From an uncultured Prevotella sp. (GTDB lineage: Bacteria; Bacteroidota; Bacteroidia; Bacteroidales; Bacteroidaceae), in the NCBI GenBank assembly GCA_946535705.1, contig CAMNDT010000005.1, positions 6,616 to 70,615 of the forward strand: 64,000 bases of DNA, read 5' to 3'. This document shows positions 18,520-28,526 of the stretch, piece by piece. The notes below the pieces were generated by a model. The model was not told the origin of the DNA, made no database searches, and saw only the letters and a list, made by a program, of their open reading frames with translations. Every line of letters begins with the position of its first letter. Position 1 is the first letter of the stretch. The translations under genes and the position numbers were made by a program.

Positions 18520-20223
18520 TTATTCCATTCCGTTGTCGGAGATAATACTAATCAAATAGCCTTCGCTTGTTTCACAAATAGTATTACCACTCTTATCTAC
18601 GAATTTTTTTAGTTTACCTTTAAATACAACGAAATCGCCTTTTTTAAGGGTCTTATTGCCATCTACCCAAGGTTCATTTCCAAAGTATTTAATCTTGTAG
18701 CCTTCGAATTCGTGAACGTAATCCTTATCTACATGAGAGCCATCGGCAGATATCCAGAAATTAGCTGTGCCATGGACAGCGTCAAATTGATTCTGTACCT
18801 TACTAATCTTACCCTCAATATAAACTTCATCTGTAGAACCTGCATTAACAGCCTTTATTGCTGCAATTGCATCGTATGGATTAGCTTCTGTTCCATCACC
18901 ATAGTTAGCAAAGCTGTAAACATAACCACCATCAGTTTGAGGAGTGCCTTTGTACACCTTTACCTTAGCCCAGACAACAACTTCCTGACCTACAGTTACC
19001 TGATGATTGCCTTCAACCCATGCCTGATTACCAAGTGTCTTAGCACTATAAACTTCGAAATCCTTAGTATAATCCTTCTCATGATATTCTCCATCAGAAG
19101 AAATCCAGAATACAGCAGTACCCTTATCAGCATTATATGCCTTTTCTACCTTGGAAACAATACCCTTGATATAAACCTCCTTTACAGAACCATCAGCGTT
19201 TGCCTTTGCAAAAGCAATTGCTTCTTTTACTGTGAATGGAAGTTCGAGAGTACCTGTTGCACCTTCCTGGGTTACCTTTGCCTTACCCTTATATTTATCG
19301 CCATCCTTAACGGTTGTGAATACGAGTTCAGCACTACGAGCAGCAGCTTCGTTCTTAGCAGCATGTACAGTAACAACAGTCTCGTCACCAACAACCTTGA
19401 TAGACTTCAGTGAAAGCCACTCCTGATATTCAGCAGGAATCTCAGCCTCTACAGAACCAGTCTTAGTTGTGATGTAGATTTCGGCATCACCACCGTCAGA
19501 TGGAATAGCAGCATCCTTAACGCCATCAACCATAACAGAGTCAACCTTGATAAGAGACTTAGTTACACTAATGATAGTACCATTCTCAATCTCAGTAGAT
19601 CCATTATAGGTCTTCTTAGGACCTTCAACAGTTACTTCATCACCAGCCTCAATAGAGAAGTCCTTGAAGTTTGTAGTACCATAAATCTGGAAGCTACCAG
19701 TTGCATCTTCGATATACCAGTTACCATATTTTGTCCATTCAGTAACCTTCTGTACAGTACCAGTAACACGGTAAGTCTTAGCATCAGGACCTTCAATAAC
19801 TTCCTTACAAGTAGCGTTAGAAATTGTAGCAACACCCTGAATTACATTGATATGTTTCTTCTCATTACCACAAGTAAGAATTAGTTCGGTAGAACGCCCC
19901 TCACCTGCACCATAATGAAGTATAATCTTTTTAGCATCACTGTTACCAACTAACGATTTTTCATTGTATCTTTCAGAGTTTCCAACAGGCTTACTCTCGT
20001 CAACAACAAAACCAAGCCATTTAGAAGCAGTATCACTCTTAGCTACGGTCCAATCACCATTAACATTGATAGACAACTCTGTTTCTCCGCCATTCTCAGA
20101 AAGAGATACGTAAGATGTTGAAACCTCAATGTTTCCAAGTGGGAAATTATAATCATTTTCTGAACAACTCACAAAAGAAGTGAGCAGAGCCAGAAGTGAA
20201 GGAATGATATATTTAAGTTTCAT
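18520..20223 (-). CDS. surface lipoprotein with BACON-like and repeated OB-fold-like domains
   Basis: FVSC lipobox; YRVTGTV..YGNWYIEDATG..GDEVTVEG; two GTxxxP[FY] + VYIxGxxS repeats. Confidence 0.7.
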   Translation of the reverse strand: MKLKYIIPSLLALLTSFVSCSENDYNFPLGNIEVSTSYVSLSENGGETELSINVNGDWTVAKSDTASKWLGFVVDESKPVGNSERYNEKSLVGNSDAKKIILHYGAGEGRSTELILTCGNEKKHINVIQGVATISNATCKEVIEGPDAKTYRVTGTVQKVTEWTKYGNWYIEDATGSFQIYGTTNFKDFSIEAGDEVTVEGPKKTYNGSTEIENGTIISVTKSLIKVDSVMVDGVKDAAIPSDGGDAEIYITTKTGSVEAEIPAEYQEWLSLKSIKVVGDETVVTVHAAKNEAAARSAELVFTTVKDGDKYKGKAKVTQEGATGTLELPFTVKEAIAFAKANADGSVKEVYIKGIVSKVEKAYNADKGTAVFWISSDGEYHEKDYTKDFEVYSAKTLGNQAWVEGNHQVTVGQEVVVWAKVKVYKGTPQTDGGYVYSFANYGDGTEANPYDAIAAIKAVNAGSTDEVYIEGKISKVQNQFDAVHGTANFWISADGSHVDKDYVHEFEGYKIKYFGNEPWVDGNKTLKKGDFVVFKGKLKKFVDKSGNTICETSEGYLISIISDNGME

Positions 20224-20241
20224 ATTCGTTATTTCCTTATA

Positions 20242-23200
20242 TTAGTTAAAATAGTACTTAACACCAATTGATGCATACCAGCACTGACCGAGGCTGTAGT
20301 TTGTTGTGAACAATGGTGTGTTGCCATTAACAGCCTTTGGTGTAGAGAATGTAGCATATCCCTGTGCATCAGCACCCTCGTACTTAAGAAGACGAGCGCC
20401 ATCAGTACCAAGAGCAGAATTCAAGCCCTTACCAATACCCCACTCGTTGTTGAAGAAGTTAAGAACATTCTTCATATCGAAGCTAAGCTGAAGCTTGTGC
20501 ATTGTCTTGCCAACATTAAGCTTGAAATCGTGCTTGTAAGCGAAGTCAAGACGTGCAAGCCATGGTGAGTAAAGGCTGTAAGCCTCGCAATACTTCCCCT
20601 GCTGCTTCTCAAGTGAAGAGTTAGCATGAACAAATGCCATGAAACGATCTCTATCATCATCGCTCTTGAAACGGAAATCACCGTTAGCAACCTGCTCATC
20701 TGTTGGAACATAGAGAGCATCGAAGTTGTAACCATCACCGTTCATATCATTAGTTGTCATGTAAGAGTAGCTGCTGTAACCACGCTGACCCTCGAGGATG
20801 AAGCTATAGTGGTTGCCACACTTATCGTGGAGGTTAGCCGAAACGATGAAACGATCAGGATAACCGTTACGAGAGTTATGCAAACGAGCATAGTTAGGAC
20901 CGTTAACGGTTGACATGTAGTTAAGTACAGATGAAGCATCTGAACCAGGAAGAGATGTAAGCTCCTTGTATGACTTGTGAGTATAAGAAGCCATGAGGTC
21001 AATCCACTCCCATGGACGAGCATTTACAGTAAGAGTTGCTGTGTAACCATAACCCTTAGAAGTGTTCTCAAGCATGTAAGCCTCTGTGTCGCAGATGCTC
21101 TTCTTGTAACCTGCTGGATAGATATAACGGCTATCAGCACCATTGAACTGAGCGAACTCACCTACGTATGGAGTATGCCACTCGCGGATAACTGAAGAGT
21201 AAACAGTCTTATCGAATACGAACTCACCAGAAACTGTCAATGGGAAGTTTACAGGAACAGCGTAGTCAACACCAAGAGAAGTCTTCCAAACCTCTGGCAT
21301 CTTGAAGTTAGGATCAACACCTACTACAGAACTTGGCGTTGTACCTGTCTCTGGAGTAATTGTTGTAGGATAGCCAAGTGATTCAAGCTTAGAAATGAGA
21401 GCTGCAGTTGTTGCATGTCCCTCTGCATCAGTAATAAGACCTCCCTTGAATTCATTCATTTCAAAGTTCATCTTCTTAGCATTTGCCTCGTTGATCTGTG
21501 CCTTATACTGAATCATACCAGAGTTAGTAGGCATGTTTGTAAAGAATACCAATGGCAGACGACCTGTGAAGAGACCTGTACCACCACGAACCTTAAGGCT
21601 CTGATCACCAAATACATCCCATGTGAAACCTACACGTGGAGAAAGGGTGATGCTGTTCTTAGGCCACTTACCTGTATCAATGTGACGACCATTGTAGTCG
21701 AGCTCATAAATCTTATTATTTGTCATGAGGTCACCATTGTCAAAGAAGAAACCATCAAGGCGAAGACCGTAAGTAAGCTTTAACTTATCGCTAACGTTCC
21801 ACTCATCCTGTGCATAAAGACCAGCCTTGTTGTACTGAACGCGAGCTGCAGGGCTTGTTTCACCATTGTAACCGTAAGTGAGACAAACAACCTCAGGAGT
21901 ACCACCTGTGAGGAAGTCTTCAAGAGTCTTATAGCGATAGTAACCAGTACCGTTACGCATGTAAGCGTTGTCAGCCATCTGATGCTCATAGTTCAAACCA
22001 AACATGAACTTGTGGTTACCCTTATACCATGTAAGGTCGTCCTTAATATTAACAACTGTATTGTGAACAGCGTTGTTCCATGTAAAGAGTTCGTAACCAA
22101 GAGCCATGTAGTTGTCGCCTTCACCATCGAGGATATCGATGAATGGGAATTCTGAAGACTTTGTTCCACGAACATCGTCAAGCTTAGAATATGTAGCGAG
22201 GAACTGGTTAGAAAGCTCGTTAGAAAGACGGCTATTGAAATCAAGAGAGAATGTCTTTACGATGTGCTCAAGAGAATACATTGAGTTAGCAAAAGACATA
22301 GAGTTAATAGATGTACGAGCAGAAGCTGCACGTGAACCACCATCCATTGATGATGCGTTAGGAGCGTTCCACTGTGTTGCCTTTGTGTAGTTGTAGCGCA
22401 AAGCCAAGTGGTGCATCTGGTTGATGTTCCAGTCTAAGCGAGCAAGGAACTTATAGTTGTCTTCATCTGCAGGGAAATCTGTATAAGAACCAGTGTCGTA
22501 ACCATACTTTTCTGCAACAAAGTCCTTAACAGTCTTTAAATCCTTAAGTTTTGTACGTGAGATATAGTTTGTTTCATCAGCAACGCCATTCTCAGAACCT
22601 CTCCAACGGTTAGCAATAGTAGGCTTCTTTGTCATTTCACCATTTACAAAGAAGAAGAGCTTGTCCTTGAGGATTGGGCCACCGAGAGTGAAACCGTAAG
22701 TTGTTTGACGATCCTTAGCACGTGCGTTTTCAATCTGTACGCCCTTTACGGCGTCACCGTGCATCTGCTCGTTCTGATGATAGATGTAAGCAGTACCCTT
22801 GAATGTGTTAGTACCAGACTTAGTAATAGCATTTACACCACCACCGATGAAGTTTGACTGACGAACATCAAAAGGAGAAACAACGATCTGCATTTCAGAG
22901 ATAGCGTCAATAGAGATTGGGCTACCACCACCAGGAAGACCTGCATTAAGACCGAAGTTGTTGTTGAAATCAGCACCATCGACGGTGAAGTTAGCTGTAC
23001 GACCATCAGAACCACCGAATGTCATTCCGTTACCACCATAAGGTGAAAGACGAGTGTAGTCTGTGATAGAACGACTAACTGTAGGCATGTTTACGATAGC
23101 TGCATTGTCAATGTTTGTAGAAGCACCAGTCTTAGCAGTTGTAAACTTAGTTGCCTTTGCTGAAATAACGACTTCACCAAGTTGCTGAGCATCCTCTGTC

Positions 23201-23520
23201 ATACTTGCATTAAGAACAGAGGTCTGTGCGAGTTGGAGAGTAATATTGTCACTTACCTTGTCTTTGTAACCAATGTAACTGATGGTAACCTTGTAAGGAC
23301 CACCTGGGCGCATACCATTAATGGTATAAACACCCTTGTCATTGGTAACTGCGACATAGCGTGTACCAGAAGGTGTGTGAACAGCCTCCACGGTAGCACC
23401 GATAACTTCTTCGTTATCAGCCGTAACCTTACCACTCAAACCTGAAGTCGTGATTTGCGCCATGAGGGATGTTGTACAGAACAACATTAGCGCAAGGAGA
23501 AAATGCAATTTTCTTTGCAT
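20242..23520 (-). CDS. TonB-dependent outer-membrane transporter (Oar-like, no SusD partner)
   Basis: Signal peptide, carboxypeptidase-regulatory-like N-domain, GGVNAITKSGTN plug motif, C-terminal GVKYYFN. Confidence 0.9.
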   Translation of the reverse strand: MQRKLHFLLALMLFCTTSLMAQITTSGLSGKVTADNEEVIGATVEAVHTPSGTRYVAVTNDKGVYTINGMRPGGPYKVTISYIGYKDKVSDNITLQLAQTSVLNASMTEDAQQLGEVVISAKATKFTTAKTGASTNIDNAAIVNMPTVSRSITDYTRLSPYGGNGMTFGGSDGRTANFTVDGADFNNNFGLNAGLPGGGSPISIDAISEMQIVVSPFDVRQSNFIGGGVNAITKSGTNTFKGTAYIYHQNEQMHGDAVKGVQIENARAKDRQTTYGFTLGGPILKDKLFFFVNGEMTKKPTIANRWRGSENGVADETNYISRTKLKDLKTVKDFVAEKYGYDTGSYTDFPADEDNYKFLARLDWNINQMHHLALRYNYTKATQWNAPNASSMDGGSRAASARTSINSMSFANSMYSLEHIVKTFSLDFNSRLSNELSNQFLATYSKLDDVRGTKSSEFPFIDILDGEGDNYMALGYELFTWNNAVHNTVVNIKDDLTWYKGNHKFMFGLNYEHQMADNAYMRNGTGYYRYKTLEDFLTGGTPEVVCLTYGYNGETSPAARVQYNKAGLYAQDEWNVSDKLKLTYGLRLDGFFFDNGDLMTNNKIYELDYNGRHIDTGKWPKNSITLSPRVGFTWDVFGDQSLKVRGGTGLFTGRLPLVFFTNMPTNSGMIQYKAQINEANAKKMNFEMNEFKGGLITDAEGHATTAALISKLESLGYPTTITPETGTTPSSVVGVDPNFKMPEVWKTSLGVDYAVPVNFPLTVSGEFVFDKTVYSSVIREWHTPYVGEFAQFNGADSRYIYPAGYKKSICDTEAYMLENTSKGYGYTATLTVNARPWEWIDLMASYTHKSYKELTSLPGSDASSVLNYMSTVNGPNYARLHNSRNGYPDRFIVSANLHDKCGNHYSFILEGQRGYSSYSYMTTNDMNGDGYNFDALYVPTDEQVANGDFRFKSDDDRDRFMAFVHANSSLEKQQGKYCEAYSLYSPWLARLDFAYKHDFKLNVGKTMHKLQLSFDMKNVLNFFNNEWGIGKGLNSALGTDGARLLKYEGADAQGYATFSTPKAVNGNTPLFTTNYSLGQCWYASIGVKYYFN

Positions 23521-23803
23521 AACTTAGTTTTTTGAAAAATTTAATTAATACCTAATGAGGAATACTCCTCTTATTATAATTACGCGTGCAAAATTAATTA
23601 AAAAAAACGAAAAATCATAGTGTTAAAGTGTTAAAATATTAAGGCTCTTTTATCAATTTACATATTGATATTCAATACGTTACAATATGTTTTATTTACT
23701 CGTACTTTTATTGCAATCTGTAACTTTTTGCAGCAATATTTGCACATAGTATTATATAATTATCTCAGCACTCATTGTTTTTTATTCTTTCACAAGTCAC
23801 TAC

Positions 23804-23858
23804 CATGCTACTACTATACTACAACTATACTACAACTATACTATAACTATACTACAAC
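23804..23858. repeat. 11-bp tandem array (CTATACTACAA), left arm of a long inverted repeat
   Basis: 23804-23836 matches the reverse complement of 25611-25643 at 31/33 positions. Confidence 0.9.
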
Positions 23859-24139
23859 AAGGTTTTGTGTTCGAGTGTGTAATTCGCTGATTTTGGTTGT
23901 CAGTTTTCTGTCTGATGACTGTTCCAGGTTGACGGGTTAATATTATACGACTAATTCTCGTTGTCAGCCGTCTGCGATACGACTGTTTTTTGTTTACTCT
24001 GAATGCCGAATCAGAACTTGCGGTTAGCCTCAGTCCAGTGGCCACCTATGCTCTAAGAGACTGAAGTTCAAGCGTCTTTGTTTGTTCCGACACTGTTGCC
24101 GTAGCTTTGGCTTGCCGCAGCAAAGATACGTATTTTCTT

Positions 24140-25063
24140 TCATATAGCCGTTGCTTTCTGTCTTTTTATTGCATCTTCGCGCCATGAGTGCCAATGACGC
24201 TTCATCTCGCCCTGCATAGCGTGTGCTTCGTCTGGCGTATGATAGTCGATGCTGCTGTGAGGACGCTCTTTGTTATAGAAAAGAACAGCCTTCTTTACGG
24301 CCTCCGTCACCTGTTTGATACCGGTAAACGTATGACCATAAAGCAGTTCGTTCTTGACGGTACTGTTGATACGCTCAGCCATTGCGTTGTCCTTCGGGTT
24401 GCCGCTCTCAGTCATGCTTGGCGTGATATGAGAGCGTGTTAACACTTTGATGTAGTCGGCACTGGCGTACTGGCAGCCACGATCTGAGTGATGGATGAGT
24501 GTCTCGTCAAAGCCTTCTGGCAGTGTACCAATGGCCATTCTCAGAGCCTTGATGCAGTAAGCCGTCTCAAGTGTGGGAGCCACATACCAGCCTACAATGC
24601 GCTTGCTGTAGGCATCCATTATAATTGTAAGGAAGCAGAAACGATAGCCCAAATGGGTTGTAGGGTCCTCGATAGGAATATAGGTGATGTCACTGACCCA
24701 TATCTGGTTGGGACGCATCGGTATCACGTTCTTCACGAGGTTCGGATAGACGGGCAGGTTGTGACGCGAGTCGGTAGTGCGGGTAGCACGCTTGCGCTGA
24801 CGAACATTCAGCCCGCGCTCGTGCAGGATGCTACGGAATGCATCACGCCCTACACGGTACTCCTCGCTGAAACGGTTCTGATACATGCGCCATAGGTTGT
24901 CGGCTCCCATCTGGGGATCCTTCTCCCTAACGCTGCGAACGAACTGAACCACAAACTGCTCCAATGTCAGACGGCGGAACAGTAGGTCGTCATCATGCTT
25001 GTAAAAGGCCTGTCGTGATACACCGGACAGTGCACAGAGATTCGTGACGGCATAATGCCTCAC
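24140..25063 (-). CDS. IS3 OrfB DDE transposase
   Basis: WVSDITY, HHSDRGCQY, DNAMAERINSTVKNE, YNKERPHSSI. Confidence 0.95.
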   Translation of the reverse strand: MRHYAVTNLCALSGVSRQAFYKHDDDLLFRRLTLEQFVVQFVRSVREKDPQMGADNLWRMYQNRFSEEYRVGRDAFRSILHERGLNVRQRKRATRTTDSRHNLPVYPNLVKNVIPMRPNQIWVSDITYIPIEDPTTHLGYRFCFLTIIMDAYSKRIVGWYVAPTLETAYCIKALRMAIGTLPEGFDETLIHHSDRGCQYASADYIKVLTRSHITPSMTESGNPKDNAMAERINSTVKNELLYGHTFTGIKQVTEAVKKAVLFYNKERPHSSIDYHTPDEAHAMQGEMKRHWHSWREDAIKRQKATAI

Positions 25064-25470
25064 TTCGTCTTCATGCAGCCTTTTGACTGCCCGGTGCCAG
25101 CTTTTTTTCGTATTTCGATGTTGAACATCTCCTCTGCAACGTCCACCATCGTGTCATAGAAGTCGGCACGCATTGTTTCCTGATGTAGTTTCTTCTTCAG
25201 CTCCAAAATCTCTGCACGCAAGGCTTTGATTTCCTCTGCTTGATTGTCTGTTGGGGTATTCTTCATAAGCAGCGCACTTTTATCATTAGACGCTGCAAAG
25301 ATACGAATAATTCTGCTTACAGACTGTTGGGATATACCATATTGTTTGGCTATTTGACATTGGTCAATTCCATTCAGCAAATAATCACGCACTACTTCTA
25401 ACTTTAATTCTTCTGACAAACGGAAGCAAGAACGCTTACGTTTGGGTTTTGAAACTTTGTTATGAATCAT
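25060..25470 (-). CDS. IS3 OrfA (HTH and coiled coil)
   Basis: IAKQYGISQQSVSRII HTH; A7 slippery run at 25102-25108 joins OrfB in the -1 frame. Confidence 0.85.
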   Translation of the reverse strand: MIHNKVSKPKRKRSCFRLSEELKLEVVRDYLLNGIDQCQIAKQYGISQQSVSRIIRIFAASNDKSALLMKNTPTDNQAEEIKALRAEILELKKKLHQETMRADFYDTMVDVAEEMFNIEIRKKAGTGQSKGCMKTK

Positions 25471-25526
25471 TTTTAGTTGACTTTGTGTCAACCTGATTCA
25501 GCGTAAGACAGTGATGTGCGATTGAA

Positions 25527-25593
25527 GTCCGTTTGTTGTCCGTTGTATGAACGGACAACAAACGAACAACAAACGGACAACAAACGGACAACA
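25527..25593. repeat. 11-bp repeat hairpin (AACGGACAACA x4 plus an inverted copy)
   Basis: GTCCGTTTGTTGTCCGTT-gtatg-AACGGACAACAAACGAAC... Confidence 0.9.
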
Positions 25594-25610
25594 ATGGGAG
25601 GAAGAATATG

Positions 25611-25643
25611 GTTGTAGTATAGTTGTAGTATAGTTATAGCATG
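25611..25643. repeat. right arm of the 11-bp-unit inverted repeat
   Basis: GTTGTAGTATAGTTGTAGTATAGTTATAGCATG. Confidence 0.9.
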
Positions 25644-25676
25644 AGAATAACATATTCACCATTGCCTTTTTAGGCA

Positions 25677-25708
25677 AAAAAAATGGCAAGCCAATAATGA
25701 CTTGCCTA
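25677..25708 (-). terminator. intrinsic terminator after endonuclease gene
   Basis: Minus strand GGCAAGTCA-ttat-TGGCTTGCC-ATTTTTTT. Confidence 0.7.
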
Positions 25709-25732
25709 TATAAAACTAAAGATAAATACCGA

Positions 25733-26629
25733 TTATTTAAAACCGAAAGATGCAGGATTACACTCTGTTTCTACGTTCTTCTCTACATCATCAGGAAGGT
25801 TGCAGAAGAAATCGAAACCTGTGCGCGCCTCGAGTTCGTCAATTGATACACAATACTTTGCAATTTTTTTATCACTATTTGTTTTGTGCTCAAAAATCAA
25901 ACCAATAGCCTCGTAACTATTTCCTTTCTTCTTAAGAAGTGCACAGAAATAGTAATTAGGAACTATAAGACCGTTTGATTTGATTTCGCGAACAGGTGAC
26001 TTTATTGTACCAACAGGTGCACCAATAGTACCGCCACGGCATACATAAAGAGTGTCAACATTATCATTCCAAGTACATTTGTCATAATCAAAGCAAAGAT
26101 CACGAACCTGTTTTTCCATTGCACCCCATACACCATCATTGAACTTATGAATCTGTGGCTGCATATTGAAATAAAAGAATGTCTGCTTATTCTGAGATTC
26201 TTTATTTAAACGATCTGCAGAAGGACAGATATGACCATGGTCGTAACCTGAATTTTTAATAAAATCAGATGTCAAAGGTCCCCAAGGCAAATAATTCAAT
26301 TTACTATCAGCTGGGCTATATTTCTTTACATCAGCATTACGCATATTGCCTTTATACATTTCCCAGCAACTCCAATATTGAGCTTTTTTATCACGATTAT
26401 ATTCAACAGAATAGTTAACCTCATTGGTTTCTTCATCCAATACTACATACAAACTGTTTCCAGAAGCATCCTGAAGACGTGGAAATTCAAGACGCTTTGC
26501 ATAGTCAACAACAGACTGGTTGGCTGTGTTTTCATCGTCACTACTACAAGCAACAAATGTGAAAGCAAATGCAAACATCATCATCAGATTCATGAATACT
26601 GATGAATAATTCATTTTTTTCTTAAACAT
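25733..26629 (-). CDS. DNA/RNA non-specific endonuclease lipoprotein (NucA/EndA-type)
   Basis: FVAC lipobox; YDHGHICPSADR (DRGH variant), NMQPQ..FNDGVW..E, SIDELEARTGFDFF. Confidence 0.9.
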   Translation of the reverse strand: MFKKKMNYSSVFMNLMMMFAFAFTFVACSSDDENTANQSVVDYAKRLEFPRLQDASGNSLYVVLDEETNEVNYSVEYNRDKKAQYWSCWEMYKGNMRNADVKKYSPADSKLNYLPWGPLTSDFIKNSGYDHGHICPSADRLNKESQNKQTFFYFNMQPQIHKFNDGVWGAMEKQVRDLCFDYDKCTWNDNVDTLYVCRGGTIGAPVGTIKSPVREIKSNGLIVPNYYFCALLKKKGNSYEAIGLIFEHKTNSDKKIAKYCVSIDELEARTGFDFFCNLPDDVEKNVETECNPASFGFK

Positions 26630-26662
26630 AATCTTACTAATTTATTGTTAATAAAGTTATTA

Positions 26663-27865
26663 CTATTCCTTACGTTTCCAAATTCGAACAATCTTATGCT
26701 TAATAGCAATTAGATTGCACACAGAAACAAGAACAAAGAGAACGATTCCCATACCGACAGCTGGCAACATATTACCATCTTCAATATTAGGAAACAGAGA
26801 TTCTATGATGTCCATATAATACTGGCGTACGAAATAAAGCACCAACCACGAGATTAGTAGCACACCCAAATTCAAACCTATGGTGAGCAACTGATAAGGT
26901 CGAGCAACCTGCCCTGGCTTGTATCCAATAAGAAGAAGGTTCTCAAGTTTTGAAGAATTCTTCTGCACGAGAAGATAGATACTAAGCATAAGTATATAGA
27001 AACTAAGAATTGAGATAACAAGTCCTACAATCATCACCATTGTTACCATAAGTTTCAAAAAATAGGTTGTTTTCTCCGCATTAAGCTGTGAATCTTCTAT
27101 TTCGTATCCTTTCTTCTCAATATACTGTGAAATATGCTCATCGGCAGGATTGCTTGCATCAACTATCAAACGAGTTGGTTCACTACCGTCTCCTGTCGAA
27201 TAATAGTTGTTACTCCAATCCATAAATGCCTGTGGCACAAGGATTGAGCTCAATCTGCTCGAGAAACCAATTACCTTACCTTTATACTGATCCTGATGCC
27301 CATTACCATGAATGAAAATCTGAAAATCAATCATTCCCATCAATCCATCAGAAATCTTTGGAAGAGAGTGGCTTTGAGCAAACCCAAAATTATACATTGT
27401 GAGATAAATTCGAGGAAGAATAATAGGAACAACCTTATCACCTTGCTTATATTTCCAATCCTTTAAAGGTATATCAATAAATTCATCAGGAATACTCTCA
27501 AAGCTAATCTCACTATTATTTACCACCGAAACACCATTCACACTCATATTGGCATCGGTTTTGTATTCGGTGCTTGTGAACTTCCCTACCCTATTAATGA
27601 ACTCCTGACTTTCAAGGTCATCAATTTCAGACATAGTAAAGGTATTACTGCTACCACTTATGGTGTTAGCAGTACCAATCTTTTTGTTCATGATAAGATA
27701 ATCGCTCTTCATGAAACTATCTTCAGCTGTAAACACAGGAAGAACATCACGATAGAACTGAAAACCTAAAAGAACAATAAGCATACCAAACAAATTGGCA
27801 AAGAAAAAGCCAATAAACTGCGGAATGCTAATATGTTGTCGAAGTAATTTCCAAACCAAACTCAT
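26663..27865 (-). CDS. ABC transporter permease (FtsX/MacB-like)
   Basis: One N-terminal TM, large periplasmic domain, three C-terminal TMs, LLLIGY motif. Confidence 0.8.
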   Translation of the reverse strand: MSLVWKLLRQHISIPQFIGFFFANLFGMLIVLLGFQFYRDVLPVFTAEDSFMKSDYLIMNKKIGTANTISGSSNTFTMSEIDDLESQEFINRVGKFTSTEYKTDANMSVNGVSVVNNSEISFESIPDEFIDIPLKDWKYKQGDKVVPIILPRIYLTMYNFGFAQSHSLPKISDGLMGMIDFQIFIHGNGHQDQYKGKVIGFSSRLSSILVPQAFMDWSNNYYSTGDGSEPTRLIVDASNPADEHISQYIEKKGYEIEDSQLNAEKTTYFLKLMVTMVMIVGLVISILSFYILMLSIYLLVQKNSSKLENLLLIGYKPGQVARPYQLLTIGLNLGVLLISWLVLYFVRQYYMDIIESLFPNIEDGNMLPAVGMGIVLFVLVSVCNLIAIKHKIVRIWKRKE

Positions 27866-27877
27866 AATGTTGAATTT

Positions 27878-28525
27878 TTACAACTTAAACACCTTTTCGT
27901 ATGGCAAATCCATGTGTTTACCAATACTTGTAACTATAACACCTGCCCCCTGACTTTTTGCTTCTTCCATCATAATATCAGCCATTATGCGGCTGTTGGT
28001 GTCGTCAAGATGCGAAATAGGTTCATCAGCAAGAATAAAATCAAATGGCTGCACAAGTGCACGCATCATGGCAACACGTTGCTGCTGTCCAAACGACATT
28101 CTGCCTATCTTGGTGTCAACCTTATCAGCAATACCAAGCATATCAAACCATCTGAGAATCTGCTCACGAGTTTTAAATCCGGTTATCTTGTTTTTTATTT
28201 CTACATTTTCATAAGCTGTGAGTTCAGGAAACAAACGAAGTTCCTGAAAGAGATGACTGATGTGGTTCTGTCGTGCATCGATCCAGTCACGAACCCTATA
28301 CTGCATAGTATCGGCACTATCAAATAAAACTTTTCCCGCATAGTCACGACGATAACCAACTACATAGCTACAAAAGGTACTCTTACCCTTACCAGAATCG
28401 GCTTCAATGAGATAAAGATGCCCTTTTTCAAAAGCAGCATCAGCATTCCATATATCCGAATGAATTTCTTCTATACGCGAAGAAAAAACTTGTGGAATAA
28501 CGGAACTAAACTTTATTGTTTCCAT
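27878..28525 (-). CDS. ABC transporter ATP-binding protein
   Basis: ADSGKGKST, SFGQQQR, ILADEPISHLD. Confidence 0.9.
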   Translation of the reverse strand: METIKFSSVIPQVFSSRIEEIHSDIWNADAAFEKGHLYLIEADSGKGKSTFCSYVVGYRRDYAGKVLFDSADTMQYRVRDWIDARQNHISHLFQELRLFPELTAYENVEIKNKITGFKTREQILRWFDMLGIADKVDTKIGRMSFGQQQRVAMMRALVQPFDFILADEPISHLDDTNSRIMADIMMEEAKSQGAGVIVTSIGKHMDLPYEKVFKL

Positions 28526-28526
28526 T

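Larger units (their letters stand above)
23909..25510 (-). mobile_element. IS3-family insertion sequence (~1.6 kb)
   Basis: Imperfect terminal IRs TGTCTGATGACTGTTCCAGGTTGAC / TGTCTTACGCTGAATCAGGTTGAC, TG..CA ends, orfA/orfB; no target duplication seen. Confidence 0.85.

Noticed and set aside
23885-25520. Target-site duplication for the IS3
   Set aside because: Flanks (TTC / GTG) do not match. A split CGCTGA-TTT-TCAGTG palindrome is possible but cannot be established without an empty allele.
23665-25689. ORFs at 23665-23940, 23836-24045 and 25498-25689
   Set aside because: They cross IS boundaries and low-complexity 11-bp repeats.
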